This document shows, one piece after another, positions 61,531 to 64,000 of a stretch of 64,000 nucleotides of DNA. The translations under genes and the position numbers were made by a program. Under the pieces are notes generated by a model. The model was given only the letters and a program-made list of their open reading frames with translations, was not told where the DNA came from and did no database searches. Every line of letters begins with the position of its first letter. Position 1 is the first letter of the stretch. Source of the stretch: Eledone cirrhosa (Eukaryota); assembly GCA_964016885.1 (NCBI GenBank), contig CAXHJY010000898.1, forward strand, positions 372,001-436,000, written 5' to 3'.

Positions 61531-64000
61531 CTTAGCTTAGCTTAGGATAGCTTAGCTTAGCTTAGCTTAGGATAGCTTAGCTTAGCTTAGCTTAGGATAG
61601 CTTAGCTTAGCTTGGCTTAGGATAGCTTAGCTTAGCTTGGCTTAGGATAGCTTAGCTTAGCTTAGCTTAGGATAGCTTAGCTTAGCTTAGCTTAGGATAG
61701 CTTAGCTTAGCTTAGCTTAGGATAGCTTAGCTTAGCTTAGCTTAGGATAGCTTAGCTTAGTTTAGGATAGCTTAGCTTAGCTTAGCTTAGGATAGCTTAG
61801 GATAGCTTAGCTTAGGATAGCTTAGGATAGCTTAACTTAGGATAGCTTAGGATAGCTTAGGTTAGGATAGCTTAGCTTAGGATAGCTTAGGATAGCTTAG
61901 CTTAGGATAGCTTAGGATAGCTTAGCTTAGGATAGCTTAGGATAGCTTAGCTTAGGATAGCTTAGCTTAGGATAGCTTAGCTTAGGATAGCTTAGGAAAG
62001 CTTAGCTTAGCTTAGCTTAGGATAGCTTAGCTTAGCTTAGCTTAGGATAGCTTAGCTTAGCTTAGCTTAGGATAGCTTAGGATAGCTTAGCTTAGGATAG
62101 CTTAGGATAGCTTAGCTTAGGATAGCTTAGCTTAGGAGAGCTTAGCTTAGGATAGCTTAGGATAGCTTAGCTTAGGATAGCTTAGGATAGCTTAGCTTAG
62201 GATAGCTTAGCTTAGGATAGCTTAGGATAGCTTAGCTTAGCTTAGCTTAGGATAGCTTAGCTTAGCTTAGCTTAGGATAGCTTAGCTTAGCTTAGCTTAG
62301 CTTAGGATAGCTTAGCTTAGCTTAGCTTAGGATAGCTTAGGATAGCTTAGCTTAGGATAGCTTAGGATAGCTTAGCTTAGGATAGCTTAGGATAGCTTAG
62401 CTTAGGATAGCTTAGGATAGCTTAGCTTAGGATAGCTTAGCTTAGGATAGCTTAGCTTAGCTTAGCTTAGGATAGCTTAGCTTAGGATAGCTTAGGATAG
62501 CTTAGCTTAGGATAGCTTAGCTTAGCTTAGCTTAGGATAGCTTAGCTTAGCTTAGCTTAGGATAGCTTAGCTTAGCTTAGCTTAGGATAGCTTAGCTTAG
62601 CTTAGGATAGCTTAGCTTAGCTTAGCTTAGGAAAGCTTAGCTTAGCTTAGCTTAGGATAGCTTAGCTTAGGATAGCTTAGCTTAGGATAGCTTAGCTTAG
62701 GTTAGCTTAGCTTAGCTTAGCTTAGGATAGCTTAGGATAGCTTAGCTTAGGATAGCTTAGCTTAGCTTAGCTTAGGATAGCTTAGCCTAGCTTAGCTTAG
62801 GATAGCTTAGCTTAGCTTAGCTTAGGATAGCTTAGCTTAGGATAGCTTAGGATAGCTTAGCTTAGCTTAGCTTAGGATAGCTTAGCTTAGCTTAGGATAG
62901 CTTAGCTTAGCTTAGTATAGCTTAGCTTAGCTTAGCTTAGGATAGCTTAGCTTAGCTTAGCTTAGGATAGCTTAGCTTAGGTTAGCTTAGGATAGCTTAG
63001 GATAGCTTAGGATAGCTTAGCTTAGCTTAGCTTAGGATAGCTTAACTTAGCTTAGGATAGCTTAGCTTAGCTTAGCTTAGGATAGCTTAGCTTAGCTTAG
63101 CTTAGGATAGCTTAGCTTAGCTTAGCTTAGGATAGCTTAGCTTAGCTTAGCTTAGGATAGCTTAGCTTAGCTTAGCTTAGGATAGCTTAGCTTAGCTTAG
63201 CTTAGAATAGCTTAGCTTAGGATAGCTTAGCTTAGGATAGCTTAGGATAGCTTAGCTTAGGATAGCTTAGGATAGCTTAGCTTAGGATAGCTTAGCTTAG
63301 CTTAGCTTAGGATAGCTTAGCTTAGCTTAGGATAGCTTAGCTTAGCTTAGCTTAGGATAGCTTAGCTTAGGATAGCTTAGGAAAGCTTAGCTTAGCTTAG
63401 CTTAGCTTAGCTTAGCTTAGCTTAGCTTAGGATAGCTTAGCTTAGCTTAGGATAGTTTAGCTTAGCTTAGCTTAGGATAGCTTAGCTTAGCTTAGCTTAG
63501 GATAGCTTAGCTTAGCTTAGCTTAGGATAGCTTAGCTTAGCTTAGGATAGCTTAGCTTAGCTTAGCTTAGGATAGCTTAGCTTAGCTTAGCTTAGGATAG
63601 CTTAGCTTAGGATAGCTTAGCTTAGCTTAGGATAGCTTAGCTTAGCTTAGCTTAGGATAGCTTAGCTTAGCTTAGCTTAGGATAGCTTAGCTTAGCTTAG
63701 CTTAGTATCGCTTAGCTTAGCTTAGCTTAGGATAGCTTAGCTTAGCTTAGCTTAGGATAGCTTAGCTTAGCTTAGCTTAGGATAGCTTAGCTTAGCTTAG
63801 CTTAGGATAGCTTAGCTTAGCTTAGCTTAGGATAGCTTAGCTTAGCTTGGCTTAGGATAGCTTAGCTTAGCTTGGCTTAGGATAGCTTAGCTTAGCTTAG
63901 CTTAGGATAGCTTAGCTTAGCTTAGCTTAGCTTAGCTTAGCTTAGCTTAGGATAGCTTAGCTTAGCTTAGCTTAGCTTAGCTTAGGATAGCTTAGCTTAG
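56650..64000. repeat. Tandem duplication, period about 4.85 kb; second copy (from about 61500) truncated by the window end
   Basis: GGCTT 56769/61614 (+4845), AGCCT 57924/62784 and AACTT 58184/63044 (+4860), GGCTT 59034/63849 (+4815). Confidence 0.88.

Larger units (their letters stand above)
1..64000. repeat. Pentameric satellite array of interspersed AGCTT and AGGAT units (equivalently TTAGC / TTAGG / ATAGC), running off both window ends
   Basis: Every line parses into 5-bp units AGCTT or AGGAT or single-base variants (AGGTT, AGGAA, AGGAG, AGATT, AGTTT, GGCTT, AACTT, ACCTT, TGCTT, etc.). No unique sequence or orientation switch was seen. Confidence 0.99.

Noticed and set aside
1-64000. Protein-coding ORFs or a repetitive protein on either strand
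   Set aside because: TAG every 5 bp closes all three + frames within about 15 bp, and TAA occurs at most - strand junctions. ATG on + was seen only at 21531 and 42343, each followed by stops within a few codons.
1-64000. CRISPR array or repeat-spacer system
   Set aside because: There are no unique spacers; everything between repeats is the same pentamer family, and there are no cas genes.
1-64000. Canonical telomere tract (TTAGG)n, (TTAGGG)n or (TTAGGC)n
   Set aside because: TTAGG is almost always single. TTAGGG was seen once (about 34990) and no TTAGGC run was seen. There are no G3 tracts for canonical G-quadruplexes.
1-64000. Deliberately encoded or synthetic binary message
   Set aside because: Nested imperfect duplications with lineage-shared point variants fit natural satellite evolution, and no adapters or indices are visible. 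A synthetic origin is not formally excluded.
1-64000. Single regular higher-order repeat or rolling-circle concatemer artefact
   Set aside because: Marker spacings are irregular at many scales and modules are joined in different orders.
1-64000. Regulatory meaning of the many GATA cores (GGATAG) or of dense AluI/DdeI sites
   Set aside because: These are automatic consequences of the repeat units, GGATAG does not match the WGATAR consensus, and there is no gene context.

Overview
The whole 64-kb window is one uninterrupted, single-orientation simple-sequence satellite built from 5-bp units, about 40% GC. Two units dominate, A=AGCTT and B=AGGAT, with rare single-base variants. No gene, RNA gene, transposon, CRISPR array or unique sequence can be supported. 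TAG recurs every 5 bp on the + strand and TAA at most junctions on the - strand. What is informative is the internal architecture. (1) B is always followed by A-type units, and both dominant words (BAAAA, BABAA) are 25 bp. (2) There are 17 one-base phase shifts, all deletions. (3) Two recurrent variant cassettes occur 13 and 16 times. (4) Nested duplications have periods of about 25 bp, 280 bp, 745 bp, 1.4, 2.0, 2.2, 3.1-4.5, 4.85, 5.6, 17-19 and 45-49.6 kb. This looks like eukaryotic heterochromatic (centromeric or subtelomeric) satellite, but organism, location and function cannot be determined from the sequence. I found no evidence of a new gene-encoded system. All positions were read by eye; duplication boundaries are approximate (tens of bp), while marker offsets are more exact.
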